Source: Klebsormidium nitens
Lineage: Eukaryota; Plantae; Klebsormidiophyceae
DNA: 64,000 nucleotides
Reading direction: 5' to 3'
NCBI GenBank assembly: GCA_000708835.1
Contig: DF237289.1
Coordinates: 1 to 64,000 of the forward strand
Part shown: positions 1 through 17,000 of the stretch, piece after piece
Layout of the letters: every line of letters starts with the position of its first letter
Numbering within the stretch: position 1 is the first letter of the stretch
Position numbers and translations under genes: made by a program
The notes under the pieces: generated by a model
Seen by the model: only the letters and a program-made list of their open reading frames with translations
Databases searched by the model: none
Told to the model about the DNA's origin: nothing

Positions 1-860
1 TCGTAATCGTTACAGGTCCGGGGTTGCTTACTATGTAATATTCGAGTACAACTCTGTACGCAGGCTGTAGAACTTCGAATTAAGAAGTTTGACATATCCA
101 GCGGTACCAGTGGAGTAGGTACCTAGGTATCTAGGGGGTATCTAGTTATGTAGTAGGTACATATCGTACAATCGTAGTAGGTACTCACCGGCATGGGGTA
201 CATGCTAGTAACAGAAAGCCCTTACGTCACCTTATGCAGGCCGCCGCGCCCAGATTTACCCCAGGCCTATGAACTGAACTGAGCTCGCACTTACTAACAT
301 GGCGCACTTTTTGTTTGACTTGCTCGAATTCTTCTCTCGTTTAGGCCTTGCCACAACGTGGGTTTAATCTGCCTGGGAAACGCTAGTCGTCCCGGCACGT
401 ATCGCACGCCTCAGCACGCGGAAGACCCAATGGCCGCTAGGCCAATGTCCAACGCCCCAGCCTCAGCAATGATTGGGGGCATGCCATTCTGGCGGGCTGT
501 ACCTACCTAGGGTTCCAATCCCCCCCCCCTAATACGTAATTGTTGGTAGTCCTCCAGCTAGTGTAGTAGCCTCGAGTCCTGAGGTCTCCGGTAAGTCCGG
601 TAGGTCACGTCCGCATTTGAGCATTTGCTTGACTCAGGTTCCCCTCAGGTTGTGCCCGGTTCCGGAAACCGTGATTCCCCCGTGATTCGGTATCTAGGTT
701 GGGGGGTATCGTGACAAGGTGTGCGTGGTCACGTGACAAATGGTAAACTTGAAAGACGATGGTAAAGGTTCTGGGCTCCAATGTCCGAGCTCGCTGGAGG
801 ATCTGGGCCCACTGGCAGACCTAGGGTACTATATTTCAGCAGGTGTGGTTCAAGGAGTCC
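1..860. mobile_element. Probable decayed repeat relic in intergenic DNA
   Basis: ORF-free and rich in GTAG/CTAG/GTAC words. GGGGGGTATCGTGACA and CGTGACAAATGGTA at ~701-745 loosely resemble a Ty3/gypsy LTR end, but there is no proper PBS. Confidence 0.25.
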
Positions 861-930
861 GATTTGCAGGGTCTGCTAGCTAGAGCAACACCAGCAGATT
901 GCGTTCATCATTGAAGCCAGCCGCCGAAGA

Positions 931-2989
931 ATGGCGTCCCTTCCGTGTCTGGTCGTGTTGCTATTGTCGTTGCTGGTGCAGCTGGGGACGAGCGCGGCGC
1001 TAGATCTGGCGCAAGCGCCGGCTGCCGCGCCTGAAAACTATTTCCGCCCCCCAGTGAGTCACACTTGGCTTCTTCTGGCCAAGATCTATCATTTGATGTA
1101 TGGCTCTGATGCTGCGAAGTCTAGTGAGTGCAAGCTGCGAGGCCAAGTGAACAGAGACAGATCTGTGGCATTGGTGCTCGCGCTTTTTATCGTGTCCAGC
1201 AGAACGCGCTATCCAAGGCAATCTTGGGTTGGGAACTGGCCAAGAGGTAAGTGGTGCTCTGGTAAAGCCTAGGGGCCCTGGCGAAAGGTGCCTGTCCCTT
1301 TTTGCCTGGAGCCAAGGCGCTCTGGATCTGGTCTCTCCCCCCTTTGCCAGGTGCTTGGCGCTGCCCCTCATGCATTGCTGTGTGCCCCCCTGTGCAGCAC
1401 CCCCTGACGCAGACCCCCATTGTGGGCATGCTCACTCTGCCCGTCACCGTGCCCCACCAGCTCAAGTACGGCAGCGCTAGCTTTGCTGCCTCGTACGTGC
1501 GCTGGATCGAAGCTGGCGGCGCACGGGTGGCGCCCATCCACTACGACTCATCACCGGAGGAGCTGTATGCGCTCCTGGGAAGGCAAGCCCCGGCCATCAT
1601 CTTCAAATCTGTTGATCATGCCATCGCAACATGGTTGCTGGCAGCACTTGTTCATGTTAATCGCATTTGCAGTGCCCTCCCCATGTACCCCCCATCGTTG
1701 TATCCACCATCAGGTCTGCTGATCTTGGCAGCTTCTCCTGGGGGCCACTGCGAGCCCCGTTGGCTGAGCGTGGATAGTTGGTGGTGGTGCGTGCAGTGTG
1801 AACGGCGTGGTGTGGACGGGTGGCCTCGTGGACTTCAACCCCACCGTGGACGACCCCGAGGGCGGCAAGTACCTGGCCACCACGCAGGCAATCCTGGAGT
1901 ATGTGCTGGCGCGCAACGAGGCCGGCACCTACTACCCCTTCTGGGCCACCTGCCTGGGATTTGAGCGCCTCACGCAGCTGCTGGCGCGTGACGTCAACAG
2001 CACCATCATCGACACAGTGGATGCGGAGAACCTGGACATCAACCTGAACCTGACGCCCGCGGGCTGGCTCAGCCGCATGCTGGGGGGCATGAGCTATGAG
2101 CTCTTCAAGGAGGTCAGCCCCGCTTTCCCTGGAGGCGCGCTTATCACATGGCTGTTGGTGATTTTGGGACACTGCTTGGCAGCGCCCCCCCCCCGCTTGC
2201 CCGAATGCCTGCCTTTCCCTGTGCCCACATGTGTGTGCTCTGTCCTGCCAGGTAGCCTCCCCGCTCGGCCATCTTGCATTTAACAACCACGGGCTGGGCA
2301 TCACCCCCGCCAAGTTCCGCGGCAGCTCTGCGTACGAGTACCTCAAGATCCTGTCCATTGACAAGGACCGCAACGGCAAGGAGTTTGTGTCCACCGTGGA
2401 GGGCCGCTCCCTGCCCATCTACGGCACGCAGTGGCACCCCGAGAAGGCTGCGTGGGAGTGGGACACGCGCCTGCGCCTCTCGCACGTGGAGCATGTGAGG
2501 CAACACAGCCACGAGAGGGGGAAATATGCAAGGGCTCGCTTCCAGTACCAGGCTGTCAATTTCAACCACCAGAAGGTGGTGAATCTTGATACGGACCGTT
2601 GCACTGGGGGAGACTTTTGATATTGCATTGTCTCATCTTTGCCGTGCCTCTCCTTCATCGCCCCCATGGCAGCAGGCTGACCCTGGGACTGTGCCGTGCT
2701 TGCGTTGCAGGCCGTGGAGTTCTCGTCGTACCTGGGCAGCTACTTTGCGAATGAGTGCAAGTTCAACAACCACACGTTCGCCTCCCCTGAGGCGGAGGCC
2801 CGCGCCCTCATCTACAACTGGGTGCCGGTGCCCACGGGGCCCATCACAGGGATCAAGTCAGCGTACACCAACATTTACTTCTTCCCGGCGGATCACTCGA
2901 GCTGGTGGGCGAAGCATGCCAAAAAGGTCACCTTCTCGTTGGCCCGTGCTTTCGGGTTTGAGGAGGAACTTGACTCAGCAAGCGGCTGA
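931..2989 (+). CDS. GGH: Gamma-glutamyl hydrolase (peptidase C26) with N-terminal signal peptide, ~381 aa. Exons 931-1053, 1398-1582, 1797-2112, 2252-2494, 2711-2989
   Basis: Spliced frame is continuous (1146 nt). Motifs: PIVGML, ASYVRWIEAGGARVAPI, NGVVWTGG, nucleophile ATCLGFE, QWHPEK, FANECKFNNHTF. Hydrophobic N-terminus. Intron 2 needs a GC donor. Confidence 0.93.
1583..1796 (+). other. Non-canonical GC-AG intron (GGH intron 2)
   Basis: Donor AG|GCAAGC and acceptor TGCAG|T join LLG-S-VNGVVWTGG in frame. No GT donor fits nearby. Confidence 0.85.
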
Positions 2990-4237
2990 GCAATGTGTAG
3001 GCAAGGGATAAGGTGGTCGGAGTGTCATACTAATCCAAATGTGTGTGGCTTACTGAGATAGCTATGATGCTCAAGCGGAGCTCAATTCACTCGTTTTAAT
3101 ATTTCCCTCAATTAGCGTTTAGATAAGCGTTTTGCTAGAAAGAGTTGGCATTTGCTTTGGTTTTAGGCCAGGCATACGGCTTCGTTCGAGCCTATTTGTA
3201 CCATTCTTTGTGGGGATCCGACTGCTCCACTTAATAAGCTTATGGGGAAGGAACCATTTTGGAGCATCGAGTTGCAGGTCGTCAAGTCTCGCAGCCAGTC
3301 ATAGACATGACAAGCTGCAATTTCTACGATGATTAACCTGCTTGGAAGAGCAACCTTTACAACTGGTGGTGCTGAGACGATCTTTTTGTATCTTTATTTA
3401 CGTTGATCTAGGTTGACGTCGCGGCTATCTTCTTTTTCAAAATGCTTGGAGCTCAGCAAGGTTTAGAGGCTCAGCTGCGCAAGTACCTCACGTACATAAC
3501 CATGCGTATGTAAGTTTTTTCAAAATTGGTCCACAGATATATCCCTAAGTGCATTTAATTGGAGTTTGAACATGACGTGCGTATATGCAGCGATCGACCT
3601 TGGAGCAAGCGTTCGTTCTCCTGCGATTCGCATCATCATGTAGCTGCTATAGCATTATGACGCATGTTACTACCTCCTTCCACAGGCCCTATTTTGATAA
3701 TGCAACAAAGACATGCGAACATGCATGTGCAAAATGCATGAAATTTGGAGCAAAAGAAGCATGACGTCGACACGTTCATACCCTCGAGATCAGAGAGTTG
3801 GATCGTGTTCTTAGCTATAGAGTCCTCGTGATGGGTCATCATCCGGCCATGGCTGCCATTTGCGGCAGCTGCTGCATGTCGATATTAAAAGCTGCTCGTC
3901 TTGCATCAGCCAAGTGTACGATGAAAGCATGAGTTCAACGCGGCTTTTTGTAATGGACACACGCGCGTTCAATCGTAGCTTGCAGCATGCAGAGGAAATG
4001 GCTACATGACATGTATACTCATTAAATTGTCTCATTGCAACTAGGCACTGGAAACTTACGCATATATATAAGGATACAGTCCGTGTTGCATAATGCTTGT
4101 GACTCTCGCCAAACCTCCGAATAGCAAAGGCTTCTGTATTTTGGGAAATCCAAGTTTGAATATGGCTGCGTAAGGACAGAAACGTTTGAACTCAGCAAGT
4201 GTGTCCAGACTGTGAGGGGCCGGGACGGTTACGTGTC

Positions 4238-7263
<3,026 letters not shown>

Positions 7264-8083
7264 TCTGCAATGCAAATCACTGATCAATGAAGCTGCAATG
7301 CAGGTTACCAGTGAAGCCAAGCTGAACAGCAAGGGTCCTTTTTAAGCGGAGCAATTCTTGGCTTTGGCTTTGCTCAGAATTGGTCTAGGAGGAGTGGTAA
7401 TAAATAGTAGGAGTGGCAGGTGCGCCACCCTCTGTCCGTGCGGTAACGCCTTGCTGAGTCTGCCGCCGCGGTAATGGCCTGAGCTTCTCGGGAACCTGTG
7501 TTATTAAGCGTCCGATCGAGTACCGACGGTGACGATCAGCTTCCTGATTGTGAATCCTTGATAGGCAGCCGTTGGGCATCTCGTGCAAGGAACCTCGAAC
7601 TTGGAAGAGTTCCTTTAACAGTGACGCAGGAATCGGCACCCAGATGTATGTACTAGCTACATATCGTAGTACACCGTGATACACCTGTACCTAATCGAGC
7701 TCCTTTCTTAGTGGGGACTCAAGTCTAGGTTCGTCCACTAGGCTGATGTCAGAACTCCATGCTCCATTGGAGGACCGTTCAGGAGCTCAAGAGGGTCTAG
7801 CTAGGGTGGGAGCTAGAAGACGGTGCAGGGCACCTTCGAGCTCCTTCTCAAGGTGCAGCAAGCTGCGGACAGGCTAGTTTCCCTTTGATCTATTGACGTC
7901 AATGAGTGAGTATAGCTGCCTGCTCATCCCTGCAGCCAGTCAGCAGCTTGCACGCTGTGCGTAATGCAGAGAATAGTGGCCACATGTGTGTGAACGGAGT
8001 TGCTATTAAGGAACGGTGCTGCAATATGCTAAGAGAAGCCCCCATCTCGTGAGCTTCTTGGCAGCGCACCGCGCGTGGGCAGC

Positions 8084-11000
8084 ATGGGGGAGGGGGGCGG
8101 AGACGCGCGCATGGCCTGGCTGGAGGAGCGGGTGCGCTCCTCGCTGCATGCCAAGCCAGACAGGTTCCAGAGGATGCTCGCACAGGACGAGTCACGGTGA
8201 GCGATGCAGACCAGCAGCCAGAGCTGCCAGCCCAGGGGTGGACATTGGAAGAGACGGTGTGCCCTGGAGCTCAATCTGCTGCATTCCCTGTGCCTCTATC
8301 TGCTCTCTCCGCCTGTGATGGGAGCACCAGCGCAGCTTTCTTCTGAGCTGGGACTCGGCCCGTAATGCTTGCAGTGCGCAATTGGAGGAGTTCCTGGACA
8401 GCGTCGACTGCCGGCGGCTCCTCTTCTTTGAGGATGCTAAAGGCGAGCTGGTGGCATCGAAAGGGCCCCCCAGCAAGCTGCGCAAGAAGACGGTGTACTT
8501 CTTGAAGCTGGGCGGGGCGCCATTGACAGCAGAGACGCTGGGGCAGCAGCTGTGCGTGGGCGAGCTGGGGGAGGCGCCCCTGGAGCAGCTCTCGCAGACC
8601 GCGCAGGAGGTGCTCCTGCCGCTGCTCTGCAACCCGCGCAACCAGGTAAGACCGCTCACACATGACCACCGGCACGCCTGCACCTGCTGGCATGCAAGCT
8701 GTGTGCAACACCGGTGAATTATTGGAGCGCGGTGTGTGGTCGTAAGAGTGATGGTGGTGGTGGTGGTGCAGGACGGGTGGCCGGACATCATTGCCAAGGA
8801 GGTGACGGACAACCTCCACAAGTTCATTGCCAACATCTACGTCACCATCGGCCAAACCAAGGGCAAGACACTGCTCGCACTGCCGCCCACAGACGTGAGC
8901 ACTGCCGGCCCTCCCTTCTTGCAAGGTTGCCTGAGCGGGGTCCATCGCAGTGCACTCTGTTGTGCTTAGTGCGTCATGGGTGAGAGCAGTGCCCCCTGGC
9001 TGAGCGCTGGTGCGGTGGTGTGTGTGCAGCAAGAGAGCGCCGCGCTGGGCAAGGACGAGCGCGCACTGCGGGACAAGGACCGCGTGCACGTGCTGGAGAG
9101 CGCAGTGGTCACGTGGACGCGCCAGATCAAGAACGTGCTCAAGCTGGACCCCGAGACCGTCCTCAAAGAGGCACGTCCCCAAAGCGCCTTCCGAGACTAT
9201 TGCATGCATTGGTGCCCCCGTTTGAAGTGCAGCAGTGGTTGCTTCAAACTTTCTTGCACTGTGGGGATTGCCAAGAAGTGTGGGCTGTGTTTGATCCCAC
9301 CCCTGCTTGCCTGCCCGCACTTGCCTTGTTCTCCAAGGGTTTTGGGGGGTGCGTGAGCCCCTGGCTGCTGGTGTGATGCAGGGGTCCAACCCTGGCCCGC
9401 TTGTGGAGCTCGACTTCTGGAAAACCAAAGCGGAGAACCTCAACTCCATCTATGAGCAGCTGCAAGGCGAGAAGGTTCAAAAGGTAACCATTCCAAAACG
9501 CGAACTCGAGGGAGCACAGATTGCTGCCAAGATCCCTTGTGCTTTGGATCTCATTAAATCACGTCTGTTATGCATGCCGTGAAAGAATGTTCAAACCAAA
9601 TCTTGGGACTCTCGCGGCAGCAACGGTAACCTTGAGCGTATTGCGCCCCCGTGTGGCAGGTGGTGCGCATCCTGGAGGCGGCCAAGAGCACGTATCACCC
9701 CGCCTTCCAGCGCCTGTGCAAGGAGGTCGAGATGGGCCGGGACGAGGCCAACGACAGTAAGGCCCCCGCCTCGACGTGTTGCTGGCAACAGCCGCTTACC
9801 TGCCACCGTGCTGCTCTGCTCCAACCCGTTGCCCATTGCGCTCCCGTTTGCTTTTCCTGCGCTGCGGGCCAGGGCAGGAAGCAGGGCCGTTGCTTACCTG
9901 TTGCGCGTGTGTGCAGACGTGGTGTACCTGGCCCCGCTGCAGCGGTACCTGGAGCGGCTGAGCCTGGCGGACGACTTTGGCGCGCTGGCGGAGGTGTTCA
10001 AGCCGGTGATGCACACGGTGCTGCTCATCTGGAAGCACAGCCGGTACTACAACACGGCGGCGCGGCTGGTCATCCTGGTGCGCGAGGTGTGCAATGACAT
10101 CATCGCGCAGGCGTGCAAGTACATGAACGGCGAGGAGATGTTCAAGGGCGAGCCGCAGGAGGCGGTGGAGAAGCTCAAGACGACGCTGCGCATCTGCGGC
10201 ACCTTCAAGAGCCACTACTTCGACTACAAGGCCAAGTCCACGGCCGAGACGCCGGACAACCCGTGGCGCTTCCAGAACAGCGCGCTGTTTGCGCGGCTGG
10301 ACAGCTTCCTGGAGCGGTGCCACGACATCCTGGACCTGACGCAGACGATCCTGCAGTTCACCAAGCTGGAGCGCGTGGAGATCGGCGGCAGCAAGGGCAA
10401 GACGCTGACGGTGAGCGTGCGCCAGATCTTCGCCGACTTCCAGGCCGCGGTGGCCAAGTTCCAGGCGGTGCAGTACAACATCCTGGACGTGGAGAGCAAG
10501 AGCTTCGACGACGACTTCTACGACTTCCGGTGCGTCATCAAGGAGCTGGAGCGGCGGCTGGGCAGCGTCATCATCCAGGCCTTCGACGACTGCACCACCG
10601 TCGCCGCGACGTTCAAGCTGCTGGACAGCTTCGAGGGCCTGCTGGAGCGCGAGATCATCCAGGCGGACCTGGAGAAGAAGCACGCGGACCTGCTGCGCGC
10701 GTACGCGCACGACCTGCGCGACGTGCAGGACGCGTTCCACCGGCAGCGCGACGCGCCGCCCACCACCAACAACAGCGCGCCCAACAGCGGCGCCGTCTAC
10801 TGGGTGCGCTCCCTGCTGGGCCGCATCCGCGAGCCCATGGAGAAGCTGCGCCAGCTCAACAAGGCCGCCGCCGACTCCGAGGAGGCCAAGGACATCAACA
10901 AGCTCTACACGTGAGCCCCGCGCCGCCTCTGCCGGACGGGCGTCCGCGGCTGGTTGCTTCCCATTCCGTTTACGCGTGGCCGTGCGCTTCTCTAGCCGCC

Positions 11001-14000
11001 CCAGGCCGGCAATTCCCACTTGCCTGCTCGCTTGCTGACCCGCCACGTGGCGTCGCTGTGCTGCAGGTCCCTGGTGGGCACGCTGGAGGAGTACGAGGCG
11101 GCGGTGCTGAGCGCGTGGACGCGCGAGATCGAGGCGACGTCGGAGGACAAGCTGAAGCAGCCGCTGCTGCGCCGCGAGCGGCAGCCCATCCTGCGCCAGC
11201 AGCTCGGCTCCGCCGCCTCGCGCAGGACAAGCGGCGCGCGCTCGCGCTTCTCCACCTCGCCCGACGGCTCGCTGGTCAGTATGCATTAGCGGCTTGCCGC
11301 AAGCGGAAACAGATTGCGCTGCCCAGGCTGCAGATGGCTTCGCTTTACAAAAGCCCCCTTTCTGGATGCAACTACTATGGGGCCAGTGCGTGGCCAACGA
11401 CATGAACTGCTGACGTGAAGGCCCGTCTCCGGCGGGTGTGTCCCCTTTTTCTGGGTCCCGACTGACTCCTCGCGTGGCCCGCTCTGCAGGTGGAGGCTGA
11501 CGGCACGCTGAGCTCGTCGGCGTCGCTGCACCTGCAGTCGAGCCTGCTGTCGTGCCTGTCGTCGGTGGGCCCCAGCTTGCTGTCGCAGCTGGTGGAGGGC
11601 GAGGCGGCGCCGCTACTGCGCGTTAACTTCGACCCCATGCTCATCCGACTGCTGCGCGAGGTCAAATACTTTTTGCTGCTGGAGGCGCCCGTGCCCGACA
11701 GCGCGCTCAAGGTCTTCAAGCGCGCCGAGGTGTTCCGCCAGCAGACCGGCAACCTGGAGCTCATCGTCAACACCTACAACAACATCCTCGTGAGGCACCC
11801 CCGCGCAGACAAAATCTGTACGCCTTTTCTTGTACCTAATCGAGACCACGCTCGGCGGGCAACTCTCAACTCTGCTCCCTTCTGCTATTTGGTCATTCAA
11901 CAACTCGTGAAGCCTCTGCCGGAGATGCGAGTAGTGGGAGTGAGAAGTTTTGCCGGTACCTGGAGCGCCGCATCACAATCCATGTCACGACGGGCAGTGC
12001 TTCTGTCGCGGCGCTCTATTTTGTTGTTGCGTACGGTGGTTGCTGACGCGGCCCGGGCCCCGCGCTGTTGCGGGTGTGCAGCTGACGGTGCTGGAGGTGG
12101 AGAAGCCGCTGGTGGAGCGCAAGCTGGCGAACGTGGACGCGGCGCTGGGCAAGGGACTGGGCACGCTCAACTGGAACAGCCACAAGATCGAGGAGTACGT
12201 GAACGAGGTGATGAGCATGGTCAAGGAGCTGGCCGCCAACCTGAGCACCATCAAGGGCCACGTGCGCAAGAGCGTGGGCATCCTGGAGCGGTGGGCCGTC
12301 AACCTGCTCTTTGAGCGCAAGGACGGCAAGACGTACTCCGCGGACGACCTGGCCGAGGCCGCGCGCGCGCTGGCCAGCCTGCGCAGCAACGAGATGGCGG
12401 AGGGCGGCGCGGAGATGGCCCGCCTACTGGCCGCCAGCAACCGCGTGCTGCACGTGTCCAAAGGCGCGCCCGCGTGGAAGGCGTACGTGGAGTACGTGCA
12501 GGGCATCCTGGTGGACGGGCTGGCCACCGCCGTGCTCAACAGCGCGAGCTACCTCTTCGCGCAGCTGGACCCGGAGAGCATCGCGCGGAGCGAGGCCAGC
12601 CCGCTGCTGGAGGTGAAAATGGAGCTGGTGGCGCCGGACATCGTGTGGGTGCCCGACCTGGGCACGCAGGGCGGCGGCGGCGTGCGCGACCTGGTCGACA
12701 CCTGGCTCGCCAGCTTCGTCAACACGGCCACGCTCATGAAGCGGCTCGACACCGGCGAGGGGAACTACCTGCCCGAGATGGAGACGGACATGCGCATCAC
12801 CTCCGTCTTCGACCAGATCCGGGCCACCGTGCGCGACAACGAAGTCAAGTGCCAGGCAAGCGCGCCCCGCACAGCCCGCGCCCCACCACTTGGCTTCTCT
12901 TGTTCCTGGAACAAAGAGTGGCGCGCAACAGACGAGATGCCTGTCTTGAAAGAAACGCAAAAGTCTGGGTTCTGGTTGTATGCATGCTCTGCTTGTCCTT
13001 CTCGCAAGATCTCCTACCGCCATACCGCTGATCACCTCCGCCTGTCGCGAGCGGTGATTGTCAGAGGACCTTGGAAGCTCTCCTGACTCGCTCCTCGTTC
13101 CCCTGGGCAGGCGTTCAAGGAGGGCTACCTCGCGTTTGAGTACCTGTGGCGTACCGACCTGGCCGCCTCTCTGGCGGAGTTCTTGGCGGGTGGCGCGGAC
13201 GCGGGCGGCCCGTCGCTGGAGGCGTTCGACGGCGCGATCGCGCGGTTCAAGGGCGTGCAGGAGGCGGTGCAGGCGCTGCCGGCGGTGGCGACGGTGGGGT
13301 GGATCCGCGTGGACGCCAAGCCCATCAAGCAGGCGCTGTCCACGTGGGTCACCAAGTGGGTGTTCCTCTACACGCACCACCTCTCCTCCAAGGTCGTCGA
13401 CTCCATGGACGACCTCTACGCCTTCATGCAGCAGGCCGACAAAACCGTGAGCAACAGCCGCCAGCCTGTCTCGCACACCATTTCCTAGTGTCGTTTCCCC
13501 TCCTTCGACTTGTAGCATTCTTGTGCACTGTATTCTGGCGGCACGTGCAGTCCACATGGCTGCTTTACAACCTCAGGAAGTTCTCTTGTTCTTTTTATGT
13601 CTATGTGCTTGGGGAAGAACCAGTCGACGATGAATATCGGTTTGCTCGACATGGTCTTGAAAGAGAAATCTTGACCGAAAAGCAATTCTGCTATGGAGAA
13701 CCCTTTCCGTCGACGCAATAAATACCGAACTGCAAAAGCGATATTCAACGGTCTAAACTCACAATCTCAAATAGGTTCCGGAAGGAAGAGGAGGGCGTGC
13801 TTGCGATCTTTGTCCACACAGGACCTTTCTCATGCTGTCTGCTTGCTCGTTGATTGCAGCTGGACATGGAGGTGGAGAGCGGCGACGCGTCGCAGCTGCG
13901 GCTGGTGATGGGGTGCATGCGCGACATCCGCAACCGCACCGACAAGACGGACGCGTCCTTCGAGCCGCTGCGCAAGACGGTGCAGCTGCTCAAGAAGTAC

Positions 14001-17000
14001 GGCATCATGCTGTCCGAGCTGACGCTGAAGAAGCTGGAGGAGGCGCCCATGGCGTGGGCCGCGCTGAAGAAGAAGATGTTCCAGAAGCGCGAGAAGATGG
14101 GCGCGCAGCAGCAGGCGGAGGCCGCCAAGATCCGGCAGGACAGCGAGACCTTCCGCGTCAAGGTCGACAACTTCCGCGCGCTCTTCAAGAAGAAGGCGCC
14201 CTTCGGGGTGAGCACCCGCGCAAGGCCTCCCCAAGCTAGGCAACCAGTTGACGGATTCCGTTGTGCCTACCTGTACAGGAACCAGACCAACACTGTGCTC
14301 ATTGGCTCTATTGCTTTGAGGTGCACGTAGATTCGTGGAACCATTGTGAGCGACCATAGCAGGATGTCGTGCCTTTCCCGTTGCAGATCAGCGCGGACAG
14401 CCTGGCGCTGGAGCACGTGCCCCCGGCGTACGAAATTTTGGACGCGTTCCACCACGGCCCCGTGACCCCGGTGTACAAGTACGGCTCGCTGCTGTCCATC
14501 ACCAAGGAGGCAGCCGAGTTGAACGAGGCGCAGGAGCTGTTCGAACTGGTAAGAGCTACACTCCATGCCTTGCGGGAGATGCCGGCATCCCTAAGCCCAT
14601 GTCTCATAGCAATTTGACTAAAAAGTGCACTGCCAGCTTGCTTATCTTTCTAAACGCATCTGCATTGTAGCTCCGACGTGAATTGTTGAGCAGCACTTTT
14701 CCTTCCGTTCAGTGAATAGAAGCCTGCGTTGTCAAAGATGCGTTCTCGCCGTGGTGTCAGGTGGTGGTGGAGTACCGCGACCTCGCTCGCTGCTGCGAGG
14801 AGGTGGTGCTGCTGAAGGCGCTGTGGGACATGGTGGCTGTGGTGATGCACACCATCGACAGCTGGCGGCAGACGCCGTGGGAGCGCATCGACACCGACTT
14901 CCTCATGGACGAGGCCAAGCGGCTGGCGCGCGAGCTCAAGGGCCTGCACAAGGGCGTGCGCTCCTGGGACGTGGCCAAGCTGCTGGAGGACGCGGTGAAG
15001 GCGCTGCTCACCGCGCTGCCGCTGGTCGCGGACCTGCACGCGCCCGCCATGCGCGAGCGGCACTGGAAGCAGCTGATGCGCACCACGGGCGTCAGCTTCA
15101 ACATGGACGACAAGTTCTGCCTGGGCAGCCTGCTGGGGCTGAAGCTGCACGAGCACGTGGAGGCGGTGAGCGAGATCGTGGACCGCGCGCAAAAGGAGCT
15201 CATCATCGAGAAGGCGCTCAAGAAGATCGACGAGACGTGGGTGCAGCTGCAGCTGGCCTTCGCGCCGCACGGCCGCACTGGCGTGCCCGCCATCGCGCTG
15301 GACGACGCCGTCACGGAGTGCCTGGAGTCGGACCAGCTGCAGCTGCAGACCATGGGCGCCGGCAAGTACGTCGCCGGCAACCCCAAGTTCCAGGAGGAGG
15401 TGCAAAAGTGGCAGAAGCGCCTCGGCGGGGTGGACACGTGCCTCGCCACGTGGACGGAGGTGCAGAAGAAGTGGAGCGCGCTGGAGGCCATCTTCGTGGG
15501 CAGCGACGACATCCGGGTGCAGCTGCCGGAGGACAGCAAGCGCTTCGACGCCATCGACGCGGACTGGAAGGACCTCATGAAGGTGAGAGCAACCCACACA
15601 GCGCCGCTCATTGCCGTTCCCACAACAGCCGCTGCACCGTCGCTGAGTTGCCCCGTTTCATTGTCAAATGACTGACCCTGAGAGAGTTCAGCACTCTTTT
15701 GAATTTTGTTGAGCAACGCCATGCTTTGCGTCTCTTTTTTGAAGTCCACTCGCAATCTAGAGTAACAAAGCCCTCAATTCAGATTGAACACTTTGAATCT
15801 GGTCACCTTCTTAGGCTCCGTATGGCCAAGATCTTGGTTCACAAGAGCCCTGCCCTCAATCTGGCGGCTGCTCGGTTCGTTCCAGGTGGCGGTGGAGACG
15901 CCGGTGGTGGTGGAGGCGTGCAATTTGGAGGGCCGTCCTGAGCGGCTGGAGAAGATGCTGGCGGGCCTGCAGCTGTGCGAGAAGGCGCTCGCGGATTACC
16001 TGGAGACGAAGCGCGTGGCGTTCCCGCGCTTCTACTTCGTGGCGCCGGGCGACCTGCTGGACATTTTGAGCAAGGGCAGCGACCCGCACGCCATCCTGCG
16101 CCACCTGTCCAAGTGCTTCGACAACACGCACAACCTGCAGTTCGCGCCGGGGGCCGACGGCGGCAAGAGCAAGACGGCGGTGGGCATGTTCAGCGGGGAG
16201 GGCGAGTACGTGCCGTGGCACGAGAGCTTTACGTGCGAGGGCGCCGTGGAGCACTGGCTGGCGGGCCTGCTGGAGGCCATGCGCGCCGCCATTAAGTACG
16301 CGCTCAAGGACGCGGCCGCCGCGTACGACGAGAAGCCGCGCGAGCGCTGGCTGCTGGAGCAGTGCGCGCAAGTGGTCACCGTCGTCACGCGCATCATCTT
16401 CACGCAGGACATCTTCGAGGCCTTCGAACAGGTGAAGCGACCACGGCCAGCGCAAAACACAGTAAAGCAACCTAGAGTGGCGCACAGAGTTCACCTGACC
16501 ACTCTGTCATGAGAACTGCTGCCCCTGAACTCTATGTCTGACATGTCTGACTTTGCCAAGAATTCCTGATCACACTCGCTTCAGGGGGCGTACCGTGCCG
16601 CCTCTTAGTCTCCGGGGCCCTGCAGCGTTTAGTGTTGCTCACAAGTAGTCACTATTTAGTGTCTCTCTTGCTACAGGGTTTTACCTTTTCAAACGAAGCC
16701 TTTTGATGGATCCGTGTCGAAGACGTTCTCTTCTCAGTCCCGGCACTGAGAATCTGTAAGGATCAAATGATGAGGCACAATAGAAAGGACTAAAAGCTCG
16801 TCTTTATGATTTCAATGGAATATCCATTTCACAGTGATAACGTTCAGACCACAAGTTTAGGACAATCGTGACGGCGGACCATAGAGATCTCAACAATACA
16901 GATCGAACAGACTTTTGAGACCTCGTGGTCGTTTGTAGCCTTACGCGTGCTGTTCTGTGCTGCCCAGATGGAGGAGGGCAGCGAGAGCGCGCTGAAGGAC

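Noticed and set aside
701-745. LTR end plus primer-binding site of a Ty3/gypsy element
   Set aside because: Only TGGTA of a PBS is present, with no second LTR and no gag/pol remnant. Kept only as a low-confidence relic.
7998-8014. GTTGCTATTAAGGAAC as an RFX X-box upstream of dynein
   Set aside because: Poor match to the palindromic consensus, and RFX factors are not known in green plants.
8750-8770. (GGT)n run before a dynein acceptor
   Set aside because: Short ordinary microsatellite with no evidence of function.
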